From the NCBI GenBank assembly GCA_934096015.1, contig CAKOLD010000003.1, forward strand, positions 2,640 to 66,639: a stretch of DNA of 64,000 nucleotides. Reading direction: 5' to 3'. A program made the translations under genes and the position numbers. How positions within the stretch are numbered: the stretch's first letter is position 1; each line of letters begins with the position of its first letter. This stretch comes from an uncultured Bacilli bacterium. GTDB lineage: Bacteria; Bacillota_I; Bacilli_A; RF39; UBA660. Shown one piece after another: positions 1-10,649 of the stretch. The notes beneath the pieces were generated by a model, which did no database searches, had not been told where the DNA came from, and was given only the letters and a program-made list of their open reading frames with translations.

Positions 1-719
1 AAAAAATAGGTCCAGTAAGAAGCAGTAGACATTACTTTTTAGATTATGCATTAGAAAATGATGCTATTTATGTTCACTTTGGTTGGAGCCCTCAAGCCCA
101 AAGTGATATAAAAACTATGGGAGTTAACAATTTAAACGGATTAACAAATCCAGCAAGTATGTTCTATAGAAGTAAAGATAGAAAGAGTCCTCATAACGCA
201 TACACCACTAGTGAAAATGTAAAAAAAGCAATTGAAAAAATGGGTTATAGATCCACAAGTGACGATTATAAAATTTTAAACTATAACGTAAATCCAGTAG
301 ATTTAAGCACTAATTCAACATCCGTTGATGCAAATAATGTCAAAGTAAATTACAATGGAAGCTATTATACTAATTATACATATGATGCTGAAAATAAATA
401 TTATTTAAGATACATAAATGGAAAAGCTCATACAGACTTAGAATCTGGTTCTCAATATCATTTTAAAAACATTATTGTAACCAATATTGGAATCTCTTCT
501 ATAGCTGGAGATGCAAAAGGAAGACAAGATTTAAGCGATATTGGAAGTGGAATCGGATATTACATTTCAGAAGGAAAAGCAATACAAATCACTTGGGAGA
601 AAAAATCAAGAAGTGGAAAAACTACTTATAAAACAACTGATGGTAATGAATTACAAGTAAATGATGGTAATACCTTTATTCAAATAATTCCTAACGGAAA
701 AACTGTTGATTTTAGCTAA
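1..719 (+). CDS. DUF3048 (YerB-like) lipoprotein-family protein, 5'-partial; the frame is open to the window start
   Basis: No stop in frame from nt 3. C-terminal region (NYNGSYYTNYTYD...GIGYYISEGKAIQITWEK) resembles the DUF3048 C-domain. Confidence 0.5.
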   Translation, partial: KIGPVRSSRHYFLDYALENDAIYVHFGWSPQAQSDIKTMGVNNLNGLTNPASMFYRSKDRKSPHNAYTTSENVKKAIEKMGYRSTSDDYKILNYNVNPVDLSTNSTSVDANNVKVNYNGSYYTNYTYDAENKYYLRYINGKAHTDLESGSQYHFKNIIVTNIGISSIAGDAKGRQDLSDIGSGIGYYISEGKAIQITWEKKSRSGKTTYKTTDGNELQVNDGNTFIQIIPNGKTVDFS

Positions 720-749
720 TAATACATATAATTAAATAAGGAGGCAAAC

Positions 750-1022
750 ATGCTAGATTTTATAATTGAAAACTATTATGTTATTTTAATTATCTGTGTG
801 TTATTAATTTTTGGAATCATAGGTTACATGATTGATTCAATAAAAAATAAAAAATATAAAGATAATGTAAATAATTTTGATGCTTACATACCAGAAGAAG
901 AAGTATTTATTCAAAATAATAATAATGATAATTCAAAAGAAAACAATGAAAAAGAAACAAATGTTGATGAATTAATTGAAGATTACAATAAAGAACAAAA
1001 TGAAAAAGACTCAAATAATTGA
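750..1022 (+). CDS. small membrane protein with an N/D/E/K-rich tail, hypothetical
   Basis: RBS AAGGAGG 7 nt upstream. One TM helix, then a low-complexity tail. Confidence 0.35.
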   Translation: MLDFIIENYYVILIICVLLIFGIIGYMIDSIKNKKYKDNVNNFDAYIPEEEVFIQNNNNDNSKENNEKETNVDELIEDYNKEQNEKDSNN

Positions 1023-1101
1023 GTCTTTTATGCTCGTTAATAGTAGTAATTAAATTTATATTTTGATATAATATATAAAGAATAAATATAGGAGTGATTA
1101 T

Positions 1102-1914
1102 ATGACATGGACATCATTATGGGGAATAATTACAAAAATATTAGATATTTGTATAGTTTGGTTGATGTTTTACTACATTTTAAAAAATTTAAAAAATAAT
1201 GTTAAACTAGTTTTAATTTTTAAAGGTGTAGTAATTATAATTTTTATAAAGATTTTAAGTAGTATTTTCAATTTATACACTGTTGGATTATTATTGGAAT
1301 ACGTAATAGCTTGGGGACCACTTGCTCTGATAGTTATTTTTCAACCAGAAATTAGAACAGTTCTAGAAAGTATTGGAAGAAGCCAATTGTTAGGTAGACA
1401 CAAAGTTTTAACAGTTGATGAAAGAGAAAGAGTTGTTTTTGAAATCATGAATGCTGTAGAACATTTAAAACGTAACAGAATTGGAGCATTAATTGTAATT
1501 GAACGTAATATGTCATTACAAGAATACATAGATCCTGCAATAAAAATATATGCGGATATAACTTCTCAATTATTAGAAGCAATATTCTTACCTCCAAATC
1601 CATTGCATGATGGTGGAGTTATCATTCAAGGAGATAAGTTAACTTGTGCAGGAGCTGTCTTTAAAACAAGTATGAACCCTAATGTAAATAAGAAATTAGG
1701 AACCAGACATAGAGCAGCATTAGGAATAGCTGAAGAAAGCGATGCAATTGCTTTAATAGTATCAGAAGAAACAGGTAGAATATCTATTGCTGTAGACAGT
1801 AAATTGCATCATAATTTAACTCTTGATGAGTTTAAAATTAAATTATTAGAAGAATTAAAACCAAAAGCAGATGTCTTCTATGATGCAGATGAAGAAGGTG
1901 ATGATGATGAATAA
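1102..1914 (+). CDS. cdaA: diadenylate cyclase CdaA (DisA_N domain with N-terminal TM helices)
   Basis: N-terminal TM segments plus DAC-domain motifs (TRHRAALGI, DGGVII). Conserved position upstream of a YbbR-domain gene. Confidence 0.85.
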   Translation: MTWTSLWGIITKILDICIVWLMFYYILKNLKNNVKLVLIFKGVVIIIFIKILSSIFNLYTVGLLLEYVIAWGPLALIVIFQPEIRTVLESIGRSQLLGRHKVLTVDERERVVFEIMNAVEHLKRNRIGALIVIERNMSLQEYIDPAIKIYADITSQLLEAIFLPPNPLHDGGVIIQGDKLTCAGAVFKTSMNPNVNKKLGTRHRAALGIAEESDAIALIVSEETGRISIAVDSKLHHNLTLDEFKIKLLEELKPKADVFYDADEEGDDDE

Positions 1915-3268
1915 AATATTAAATTTCTTTCTAAACATCTTCAAAAGTATTTATAGTTTTATTGATAAAATTATAGTAACTCCTATAAGTAAAGTTATTT
2001 ATAAGTTTAATGAATTCCTAAAAAATAACAGCGGTAAATTTGAAAAGATTTTAAATAGACCTAATGTTTTAATATATATTTCTCTAATTTGTGCTGTAGC
2101 TGTATTTCTTGTAATCGATATGCAAGTATTAGATTTAACAAATCAAGAAGCAGAAATAATAAGCGGACAAGAAGTAAAAGTTATTTATAATCAAGAAGAA
2201 TATGTAGTTGAAGGAGTACCAGAAACTGTTGATATAACTTTAATTGGAAGCAAAAGTAATTTGTATTTAGCAAAACAAATTGGAGAACATGAAGTTATTC
2301 TTGATTTAACAGGATATAGTATTGGAACTTATAAAGTTAAACTTACTTATAATCACTCAATAACAAGTGTTAATTATAAATTAGATCCATCAACTGTTAC
2401 TGTAAAAATCAGTAAAAAAGAAAGTGCAATTAAGCCATTAACATACGATTTATTAAATGAAGATAAAGACTCCAAATTAACAATAAATGATGTTGAGTTA
2501 GACACAAGTGAAGTAATTGTTAAAGGTTCTAAAGAAGCTTTAGATAAAGTGGCAAAAGTAAAAGCTCTTATTGATTTAAAAGAAGCAGATATTAAAGAAA
2601 AAGGTGAATACAATGTTGATTCAATCACCTTAGTAGCTTATGATAACGAAGGCAACAAAATGGAAAATATTGAAGTTGTTCCAAATAAGATAAGTGCAAA
2701 ATTAACAGTAGAATCTTATTTCGTAGAATTACCTGTAAAAGTCGTTACTAAAGGAACCATAACTAGTGGATATGCTATTAGTAGTATTACAAATACTGTT
2801 AACAAAGTTCAAGTTTATGGTGAAAAAGAATTAATAGATACTCTTACATACATAGAAGCACCTATTGATATTAGTGCTTTAAGTTCTGATAAAACATTTA
2901 ATGTTAATTTAACTAAACCAAATGGTGTTAGATATATGTCTGAAACAAGTTCAAAAGTAACTGTAACAGTAGATACAGAAACTTCAAAAACATTTGAAGG
3001 AATTGAAATTGAATCTCTAAACTTAGCAAATGGCTATTCAGTTAGTGCTTTAACAGAAGAAGATAGAAAAGTTGACGTAATTGTAAAAGGTGTTTCTAGT
3101 GCTCTTGAAACGTTAGATCCATCAAAAATTAAAGCTTATATTGATCTATCTGGATATAATACAGAAAACACTTACGAAGTAGAGATTAAATTATCTATAG
3201 ATGATCCTAGATTTAACTTAGTTCCATCAAAGAAAACTGTAAATATAAAAGTAGTTAAGAGTAATTAA
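1871..3268 (+). CDS. cdaR: CdaA regulatory protein CdaR (YbbR-repeat protein). The true start is probably at 1901-1907.
   Basis: N-terminal TM helix, then repeated YbbR-like beta-rich modules. Overlaps the cdaA 3' end, as in Bacillus. Confidence 0.8.
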   Translation: MSSMMQMKKVMMMNKILNFFLNIFKSIYSFIDKIIVTPISKVIYKFNEFLKNNSGKFEKILNRPNVLIYISLICAVAVFLVIDMQVLDLTNQEAEIISGQEVKVIYNQEEYVVEGVPETVDITLIGSKSNLYLAKQIGEHEVILDLTGYSIGTYKVKLTYNHSITSVNYKLDPSTVTVKISKKESAIKPLTYDLLNEDKDSKLTINDVELDTSEVIVKGSKEALDKVAKVKALIDLKEADIKEKGEYNVDSITLVAYDNEGNKMENIEVVPNKISAKLTVESYFVELPVKVVTKGTITSGYAISSITNTVNKVQVYGEKELIDTLTYIEAPIDISALSSDKTFNVNLTKPNGVRYMSETSSKVTVTVDTETSKTFEGIEIESLNLANGYSVSALTEEDRKVDVIVKGVSSALETLDPSKIKAYIDLSGYNTENTYEVEIKLSIDDPRFNLVPSKKTVNIKVVKSN

Positions 3269-3321
3269 TCTTTTAACTACTTTTTTTTTGCCATTTATGT
3301 TATTATTATGATGGTGATAAT

Positions 3322-3762
3322 ATGAATAAAGGTTTTACTTTAGTAGAATTATTAGCCGTGTTAGCCATTATGAGTTTAGTAATAATAATAACAGCACCTG
3401 CTTATAATGGAATAAGTAATACAATAAAAGAAAATAGTTATAATAGTAAAATTAGTATGATGGAAAAATCTACAAAAACTTTTGTAAATAAATATCATAA
3501 AGATAAAGTTTATGATGGTGAAAATAATAAAACTCTATGTTTAAGTATTCCGTACTTAATAAGTAAAAACGTTTTTGCAGAAGATGAAAAAGACTCTGGA
3601 AAAATTACTAATCCTAAAGGAGGAAACTTTGAAGGATATTTAGAAGCAACATATGATATTGAAGAAAAAGAAATTATAACGAAGTTTAAAGAGTATGAAG
3701 AAGGTAAAGGATTTGATGATCTTACAAATACAGAATGTCCAGGAGGAAAATTAAAATTATGA
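3322..3762 (+). CDS. type IV pilin / pseudopilin-like protein (prepilin N-terminal methylation motif)
   Basis: N-terminus MNKGFTLVELLAVLAIMSLVIII carries the class III signal: G-1, F+1, E+5 and a hydrophobic helix. Two Cys residues in the C-terminal half. Confidence 0.7.
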   Translation: MNKGFTLVELLAVLAIMSLVIIITAPAYNGISNTIKENSYNSKISMMEKSTKTFVNKYHKDKVYDGENNKTLCLSIPYLISKNVFAEDEKDSGKITNPKGGNFEGYLEATYDIEEKEIITKFKEYEEGKGFDDLTNTECPGGKLKL

Positions 3763-5270
3763 AAAAAATATTATTAATGATATTAGATGGATTTGGTTAT
3801 AGAGAAGAAGAACATGGTAATGCCATTAAAGATGCAAATATGACTTATTTTAATAGTTTATGGGATAAATATCCTCATAGTATTTTAAATGCAAGTGGCA
3901 GTTCCGTAGGACTTCCAGATAATTTATTTGGAAATAGTGAAGTTTGCCATACAGCTATAGGAATTGGTAAAAAAATCAAACAAGATATAACAATAGCTGA
4001 AGAAGGTATAAATGATAAACTCTTTGAAAAAGAAGAATTTAATAATATGATTAATCATATTAAAGAAAATAATAGTACCCTACATTTAATGGGACTTTTA
4101 AGTGACGGTGGAGTTCATTCACACATTTCTTATATGAAAAAATTAATACCACTTTTAAAAAAAGCAGAAATTAATAAAATAGTATTTCATGCCATTACCG
4201 ATGGTAGAGATACTCCACCATGTGAATCAATAAAATTTATAAAAGAAATGGACGATTTATTAAAACAAGAACAAATTGGTTATGTCGGTACCGTATGTGG
4301 TAGATTTTACGCAATGGATAGAGACAATAAGTGGGAAAGAACCAGAGTATATACTGACTTAGTTTTAAATACTAAAGGTTTAAAAATCCTAAATTATGAG
4401 ACTGCCATAAAAAATTGTTTCAACAAAGGATTAACTGATGAATTTTTACCACCATTAATTTTAAATGCTAATTCTGAAATTAAAGATCACGATGGAATAT
4501 TATGGTTAAACTTTAGAATTGATAGAGCCAGACAGATACTTACAATATTAACTGACCCATCATTTAAGGAATTTCCTATTAGAACTTTAAATAATATAAA
4601 AGTTACTAGTTTATTTGAAGTTCCAGAAATCAATTGTGAACAGTTATTTGAAAAAGACGATGCTGATGTTTATAGTATTGGTAAATACTTTAGTGATTTA
4701 AATTTAACTCAAGCAAGAATAGCTGAAACCGAAAAATTTAATCATGTTACTTATTTCTTTAATGCTGGAAAATCAAAAAAATATAAGAATTGTGATAATT
4801 ATTTAATACCATCACCTAAAGTACTTACTTATGATGAAACCCCAAGAATGAGTTTAGATGAGGTGGTTAAACAAACAAAAAAATGCTTAGCAAAAGATTA
4901 TGATTTCATTTTAGTTAATTTTGCTAACCCAGATATGGTTGGACACACAGGTAATTATAAAGCATGCATTGAAGCATTACATGCAGTTGATGAAGGATTA
5001 AAAGAAGTAGTGGAATGTGCGGAAGATAACTTTTATAAAATTTTTATAACTTCTGACCATGGTAACATAGATACTATGTTAGATGAAAATAACAATCCAG
5101 TAAGAACTCATAGTATGAGTCCAGTACCATTTATAATAACTGATGAAAAAGTTAAACTTAAAGAAACTGGAGGAATAATTAATATAGCACCAACATTGCT
5201 TAAATATGTTGATATTGCAATACCAAAAGAAATGAAAGAGACTAAAACACTTTTTATTGAAGAGGAGTAA
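3759..5270 (+). CDS. gpmI: 2,3-bisphosphoglycerate-independent phosphoglycerate mutase
   Basis: ILDGFGYRE N-terminus and the ITSDHGN metalloenzyme motif; about 500 aa. ATG at 3759 overlaps the pilin stop (ATGA) and has GGAGG upstream. The track's 3735 start is the same frame. Confidence 0.85.
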   Translation: MKKILLMILDGFGYREEEHGNAIKDANMTYFNSLWDKYPHSILNASGSSVGLPDNLFGNSEVCHTAIGIGKKIKQDITIAEEGINDKLFEKEEFNNMINHIKENNSTLHLMGLLSDGGVHSHISYMKKLIPLLKKAEINKIVFHAITDGRDTPPCESIKFIKEMDDLLKQEQIGYVGTVCGRFYAMDRDNKWERTRVYTDLVLNTKGLKILNYETAIKNCFNKGLTDEFLPPLILNANSEIKDHDGILWLNFRIDRARQILTILTDPSFKEFPIRTLNNIKVTSLFEVPEINCEQLFEKDDADVYSIGKYFSDLNLTQARIAETEKFNHVTYFFNAGKSKKYKNCDNYLIPSPKVLTYDETPRMSLDEVVKQTKKCLAKDYDFILVNFANPDMVGHTGNYKACIEALHAVDEGLKEVVECAEDNFYKIFITSDHGNIDTMLDENNNPVRTHSMSPVPFIITDEKVKLKETGGIINIAPTLLKYVDIAIPKEMKETKTLFIEEE

Positions 5271-5272
5271 AA

Positions 5273-6631
5273 ATGGATACAAGAATATTAAGGGAAAATG
5301 ATATCAGAGGAAAATATCCTACAAGCATAGACGAAGTAACGTGCCTAAAAATAGGAAAAGCCTTTGGTACTTATATAAGAAAAAATAAATGTAATGAATG
5401 TGTAGTTGGACACGATAATAGACTAAGTGGAAAAAGTTTAACTAACGCATTAATTGAAGGACTAAAAAGCACAGGAGTAAACATTATATATTTAAATACC
5501 GTAACCACACCAATGCTAAATTACGCGTGCATTTACTTAAACAAAGTATTTGGAGTAGAAGTAACTGCGAGTCACAACCCTAAAGATGAAAATGGCATAA
5601 AGATGTTTCAAAACTTTCTACACATAACAGGTGAAAATCTTAAAGAAATTTATAATCTTATATTAACAGAAAATTTTATAGAGGAAAAACAAAAGGGAAT
5701 AGTAGAATTATTTACAATAAATGAATTATATAAAAATATGTTAGTAGATTATACAGTACTTGAAAATAAAAACTTAAAAGTAGTAATTGATCCAGGAAAT
5801 GGAACATCTAGCTTAATAGCTAAATCCGTATTTGATTCTCTAGGAATAAAAACCCTTTATATAAATGATATAAGTGACGGTAATTTTCCAAACCATCATC
5901 CAGATCCTAACGTAGCAAAAAATCTAAGTCAATTACAAGAAATGGTTCTTAGAAATAACGCAGATGTTGGATTAGCATTTGATGGAGACTGTGATCGTTT
6001 TGGAGTAGTAGACAACGAGGGAAATATAATAGAGACAGATAAAATGATTGCCTTATTTGCAGAAAATATTATGAAAACTTCTACCAATACAAAATTTTTA
6101 GTAGATGTAAAATGCAGTAGATTAACAAGTGATATTATAAAAAAATATGGGGGCACACCAATAATAGTAAAAAATGGCAGTGCTTACATAGAAACTGAAT
6201 TAAATAAAAGAAATATAGTATTTGGTGGAGAATACTCTGGACACGTATTCTTTAGAGATAGATTCTTTGGCTTTGATGACGGAATTTACGCAGGATTAAG
6301 ATTATTAGAAATTTTATCAAAAAAAGAAAAAAGTTGTAGTGAATTATTTGCAAGTTATCCTAAATATTACAATACAGAAGAAATAAGAGTAGCAACAAAA
6401 GATGAAATAAAATTTGAAATAATAGAAAAAATAAAAAAATATGCCATTGAAAAAAAATATGAATTTAATGATATAGATGGTATAAAAATAGAATTTCCTG
6501 ACTCTTGGGCACTAATTAGATGTAGCAATACAGGACCAAATCTTACAATGCGCTTTGAAGCTACCAATAAAGAAGAACTTTCAAAAATACAAAAAGAGTT
6601 TACAGATTTAGTAAATAAACTAAACATGTAA
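5273..6631 (+). CDS. glmM: phosphohexomutase (phosphoglucosamine mutase / phosphomannomutase family)
   Basis: TASHNP active-site serine loop, DGDCDR metal loop, GEYSGH sugar-binding loop. Lies where glmM is expected in the cdaA-cdaR-glmM cluster. Family membership is solid; GlmM versus PMM/PGM is ambiguous. Confidence 0.6.
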   Translation: MDTRILRENDIRGKYPTSIDEVTCLKIGKAFGTYIRKNKCNECVVGHDNRLSGKSLTNALIEGLKSTGVNIIYLNTVTTPMLNYACIYLNKVFGVEVTASHNPKDENGIKMFQNFLHITGENLKEIYNLILTENFIEEKQKGIVELFTINELYKNMLVDYTVLENKNLKVVIDPGNGTSSLIAKSVFDSLGIKTLYINDISDGNFPNHHPDPNVAKNLSQLQEMVLRNNADVGLAFDGDCDRFGVVDNEGNIIETDKMIALFAENIMKTSTNTKFLVDVKCSRLTSDIIKKYGGTPIIVKNGSAYIETELNKRNIVFGGEYSGHVFFRDRFFGFDDGIYAGLRLLEILSKKEKSCSELFASYPKYYNTEEIRVATKDEIKFEIIEKIKKYAIEKKYEFNDIDGIKIEFPDSWALIRCSNTGPNLTMRFEATNKEELSKIQKEFTDLVNKLNM

Positions 6632-6633
6632 AC

Positions 6634-7353
6634 TCATTTTTTTATTATACTTTCTAAAGCTAATTTAATCATATCATTTAGCATTCTTTCTTTTTCTTCA
6701 CTAGAAAGAATAACTTTTTCATAAGCACTATCAACAACAGTACATAAACAGGCACTTTTTTTCTTTAAATAATTAGACAAATAGAAAAGTCCAAAAGATT
6801 CCATTTCTAATCCATAAGGTTTGTAATTATTTAAAAGATGATTATATATATGTGTAATATCTTGATACAATGAAAAAACATCACTAGTAATCATATTACC
6901 AACTGTTAAATCTATATTTAAGTCTTTTGCAGTATCAATTATAGTCTTATTTAAATCATTATCAGGATAAGCAATATGAACATGTTCTTGATTCCAAGTA
7001 TAAGAAAAATTGGAATTAGAATAACTAGATTTGCTTAATAATATATCTCTAACATGACATTCCTTATTTATTGAACCACAAGTACCAATACGGATAATTT
7101 TTTCAACATTATAAAAATTATATAATTCATAAATATAAATTGCAGAACTAGGAATTCCCATACCACTTGATACAATTGAAATTCTCTTTCCCTTATAAGT
7201 ACCTGTATAACTATACATATTCCTAACATTATTTACTAGTGTATAATTATCTAAAAAATGTTCTGCAATATATTTTGCTCGTAAGGGATCTCCAGGCATT
7301 AAAACCAAAGGAGCAATGTTTTCCTTCTTTGTAATTATATGAACTGGTTCCAT
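6634..7353 (-). CDS. deoD: purine nucleoside phosphorylase DeoD-type (PNP/UDP family 1)
   Basis: VLMPGDPLRAKYIAE...YTGTYKGKRISIVSSGMGIPS...IIRIGTCGS closely matches DeoD over its whole length. Confidence 0.85.
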   Translation of the reverse strand: MEPVHIITKKENIAPLVLMPGDPLRAKYIAEHFLDNYTLVNNVRNMYSYTGTYKGKRISIVSSGMGIPSSAIYIYELYNFYNVEKIIRIGTCGSINKECHVRDILLSKSSYSNSNFSYTWNQEHVHIAYPDNDLNKTIIDTAKDLNIDLTVGNMITSDVFSLYQDITHIYNHLLNNYKPYGLEMESFGLFYLSNYLKKKSACLCTVVDSAYEKVILSSEEKERMLNDMIKLALESIIKK

Positions 7354-7444
7354 AAACTCACCTATTTAAATTATATAATGTTTTATGTTATAATAACAAT
7401 TATAAAATTATTAATTTTACACATAATAGATTTGAGGTGTCAAT

Positions 7445-8704
7445 ATGATATACAAAGACTACAAAATAGGTCCAACTACTTTACATACAATAAAATGTGA
7501 TAAATTTAAACTTTGTCATATGGAAATTATCTTTAGAAATGAAGTTGTAAAAGAAGAACTTATTAAAAGAAGTATGCTATTTGAAATGCTTACTGAAAAT
7601 AATAAAAATTACCCAGAAAGAAGAAAATTAATTTTAAAATTAGAAGATTTATATAACAGTTATATATACTCAGTAACAAGTAAAATAGGTAAACAAATAA
7701 TGACAAGTTTCTGTATGGACTTTATAGATCCTAAATATACAGATGATAATTATTTAAAAGAAGTATTAAACTTACCATTTGATTTAATTAATAATCCTAA
7801 CATAATAAACGATGAATTTGATGGTAAAACATTTGAATTAGTAAAAAAACGTTTAGAATTAGACATAAAGTCCATAAATGAAGATCCCAAAAAGTTAAGT
7901 ATTTTAGAATGTTTAAAGAATATGGATCCTAATAGTGAATCATCATTTTCCATAAATGGAACATTAGAACAATTAGAAAAAATAACCCCAGCAAACTTAT
8001 ATGAGTTCTATGAAAAAACACTTAATCATGATTTAATAGACATTTACATAATAGGAAATCTAGACATGGACAAAGTTGCTGAACTTATAAAAGAATATTC
8101 ATTATTTAATGTAATCAATAATCAAAAACTAGAATTATATGTAAATAATAAAGAGAGAAAAAAAATTAATACAAAATCAGGATTTAGTAATATTAGTCAA
8201 GCAAATCTTGCTATTTCATTAAATCTTACTAATGCTTCTGATTTTGAAAGAGATTATGTATCTAGAATATATAATGTTATTCTTGGCGGAGGTTCATTAA
8301 ATTCAAAATTATATCAACACTTAAGAACCGAAAATTCACTATGTTACAATGTTAGCAGTATGTACCAAAAATTTGATAAACTTTTTATAATTCATACTGC
8401 AGTAAATAAAGAAAACTATCAAAAAACTTTAAAATTAATAAAAAAATCTTTAAAAGAAATGAGTATTGGCCATTTTACTGAAGATGATGTAAATAATGCT
8501 AAAGAAATGATTTCTTCAAGCTTAAATTCTAGTTTTGATAACCCAGGAAGAATTGTAGATAATTATTTATTTCAAAATATTGCAGACCTAGAACCTCTAG
8601 AAATTAGGAAAGAAAAATATAAACAAGTTAACAAAAAAGATATTATCAATTTAGCAAAAAAAATTAAAATTAATACAATATATTTATTAAGTGATGGTGA
8701 TTAG
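7445..8704 (+). CDS. M16 family peptidase-like protein; the non-catalytic partner with no HxxEH motif
   Basis: Size and C-terminal M16 fold signatures. TAG stop is immediately followed by the ATG of the catalytic partner. Confidence 0.55.
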   Translation: MIYKDYKIGPTTLHTIKCDKFKLCHMEIIFRNEVVKEELIKRSMLFEMLTENNKNYPERRKLILKLEDLYNSYIYSVTSKIGKQIMTSFCMDFIDPKYTDDNYLKEVLNLPFDLINNPNIINDEFDGKTFELVKKRLELDIKSINEDPKKLSILECLKNMDPNSESSFSINGTLEQLEKITPANLYEFYEKTLNHDLIDIYIIGNLDMDKVAELIKEYSLFNVINNQKLELYVNNKERKKINTKSGFSNISQANLAISLNLTNASDFERDYVSRIYNVILGGGSLNSKLYQHLRTENSLCYNVSSMYQKFDKLFIIHTAVNKENYQKTLKLIKKSLKEMSIGHFTEDDVNNAKEMISSSLNSSFDNPGRIVDNYLFQNIADLEPLEIRKEKYKQVNKKDIINLAKKIKINTIYLLSDGD

Positions 8705-10003
8705 ATGGAAAAAATAATTATAAAAGGTGTAGATGAAACTATTTTTTATGAAGAATTAAAAAATGGTTTAAAAGTCTACTTATTACCTAATAACAATGTA
8801 AAAAACTTTTATATAACATTTAATACACATTTTGGATCAATGTATACAGAATTTAAAAAAGAAAAAGATAAAAGTTATACAAAAGTACCTGATGGAGTAG
8901 CTCATTATTTAGAACATTTAATGTTTAATATGCCCGATGGGTCTGCTTTTGATTATTTTTCTAAATTAGGTTCAAGTGTTAATGCTTTTACAACCTACGA
9001 TTTAACTTGTTATGAAGTATATGCTTCAAAATATTTTAAAGAAAACTTAAATTATTTATTAGACTATGTTCAAACTCCTTATTTTACAAAAGAAATGGTA
9101 AATAAAGAAAGAGGTATTATAACAGAAGAAATTAAAATGTATGATAATAACCCCAATACCGAATTAATCTATAAAATGAATGAAATGATATTTCAAAAAG
9201 ATAAAAGAAAAGATTTAATAAGTGGTACAGTAGAAGATATAAAAAAAATAACTTATGAAGATATATTAAGTTGTTATGAAACATTCTATCATCCAAGTAA
9301 TATGTTTATAGTTATAACAGGTTGTTTTAATCCTGAAGAAGCTTTAGCAATTATTCATGAAAATCAAAACGGTAAAGAATTTTCTGAAAACCCGAATCCA
9401 GTCATAAAAAAAATAAGTGAACCAAAAACAGTAAAAGAAGAATATTTTGTTAAAGAAATGAATGTAGAAACTAACAAAGTAAACATTGGAATAAAAATTC
9501 CTTTAAAAAGTTTAAATAATTTAAAAATACCATACATAAGATTAAGAACTTATCTTGCTTTAATAACAAAATCAAAATTTGGTAGTTCTAGTTTATTACA
9601 TGAAAGACTTACAAACGGTGGAATTATTTTAAATGGAATGGGAATTAGAAGAACATACACCAATGACTATATTATTATTAATATAATTACTGAAACTGAC
9701 TATCCAGATAGATTTATCAGTATTATAAAAGATGAATTAAATCATATAAGAATTACAAAAGAAGAACTTGAAAGAAAAGTAAAGACTTTTATAAGTGGAT
9801 ATATATTACACTATGATGATATAGAAAGTGTTAACTTAGATATTCAATCAGATATAATAGAATTAAATGAACCAATAGATAATATGATTAATATTTATAA
9901 AGAACTAAATATATTAGAATTAAATAAATTAATAAATGCCTTAAAATTTACTAATATTTCCACTTTAATAATAAAACCATTTCAAGATAAAAAAATTGAT
10001 TAA
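8705..10003 (+). CDS. M16 family zinc peptidase (pitrilysin-like, HxxEH)
   Basis: HYLEHLMF inverted zinc-binding motif. Paired with the upstream M16 homologue (YmfF/YmfH-like arrangement). Confidence 0.7.
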   Translation: MEKIIIKGVDETIFYEELKNGLKVYLLPNNNVKNFYITFNTHFGSMYTEFKKEKDKSYTKVPDGVAHYLEHLMFNMPDGSAFDYFSKLGSSVNAFTTYDLTCYEVYASKYFKENLNYLLDYVQTPYFTKEMVNKERGIITEEIKMYDNNPNTELIYKMNEMIFQKDKRKDLISGTVEDIKKITYEDILSCYETFYHPSNMFIVITGCFNPEEALAIIHENQNGKEFSENPNPVIKKISEPKTVKEEYFVKEMNVETNKVNIGIKIPLKSLNNLKIPYIRLRTYLALITKSKFGSSSLLHERLTNGGIILNGMGIRRTYTNDYIIINIITETDYPDRFISIIKDELNHIRITKEELERKVKTFISGYILHYDDIESVNLDIQSDIIELNEPIDNMINIYKELNILELNKLINALKFTNISTLIIKPFQDKKID

Positions 10004-10111
10004 AACATAATCAATTTTTTAATACTTTACTAATATAATATATTAGTTGACACACTATATTTTACAAAAATAAATAAAAGTGTTATAATCCATGTAGTTC
10101 GAGGTGAATGC

Positions 10112-10612
10112 ATGCAAAATGAGGAAACTTTAAGCTTTGAAAGCTTAGTATCTGATATTATTAGCAATGAAAAGTATAATGAATTAAAAAAAGAGTACCA
10201 CCATGGTATTAATAGATATAGCCACTCAGTTAGAGTAGCAAAAGTAACTTATAAAATTAGTAAAAAATTAAAAATGGATTATAAATCAGCAACACGTGGT
10301 GCAATGCTACATGATTTCTTTAAAAATGAAGAATATGGTAATGTAAAAGGACTTACTACAGCAAAAGTGCATCCCCATATTGCTTGTTATAATGCTAAAC
10401 AAGAATTTTCTATAAATGAAATAGAAGCTGACGTTATAAGTTCTCATATGTTCCCCTTAAATCCACAAAAACCAAGCTATAAAGAAAGTTGGCTTGTTAA
10501 TTATGTAGATGAAGCAGTAGGGCTATATGAATTTAGTAAATTTAAATTTGCTCAACAAATTACATTATGGACTTTATTTATTTTAAATATGATTATATTT
10601 GGACAAAAATAA
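10112..10612 (+). CDS. HD-domain phosphohydrolase
   Basis: H...RV ... LHDFFK HD motif set. Upstream -10 TGtTATAAT with a TTTACA -35. Confidence 0.5.
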   Translation: MQNEETLSFESLVSDIISNEKYNELKKEYHHGINRYSHSVRVAKVTYKISKKLKMDYKSATRGAMLHDFFKNEEYGNVKGLTTAKVHPHIACYNAKQEFSINEIEADVISSHMFPLNPQKPSYKESWLVNYVDEAVGLYEFSKFKFAQQITLWTLFILNMIIFGQK

Positions 10613-10649
10613 TTGTCCATTTTTTTATTTAATGATAAAATATACTTAT

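Noticed and set aside
3735-3758. Upstream ATG (MSRRKIKIMKK...) as the gpmI start
   Set aside because: GpmI homologues begin at the MKK..L.ILDGFGYRE region. The 3759 ATG has a GGAGG and overlaps the pilin stop. The longer form would add a non-conserved basic extension.
1341-6627. Several 60-90-aa minus-strand ORFs in the track (1341-1529, 2374-2628, 5079-5282, 5929-6156, 6367-6627)
   Set aside because: Each is antisense within a conserved plus-strand gene (cdaA, cdaR, gpmI, glmM-like) and is low-complexity. No independent support.
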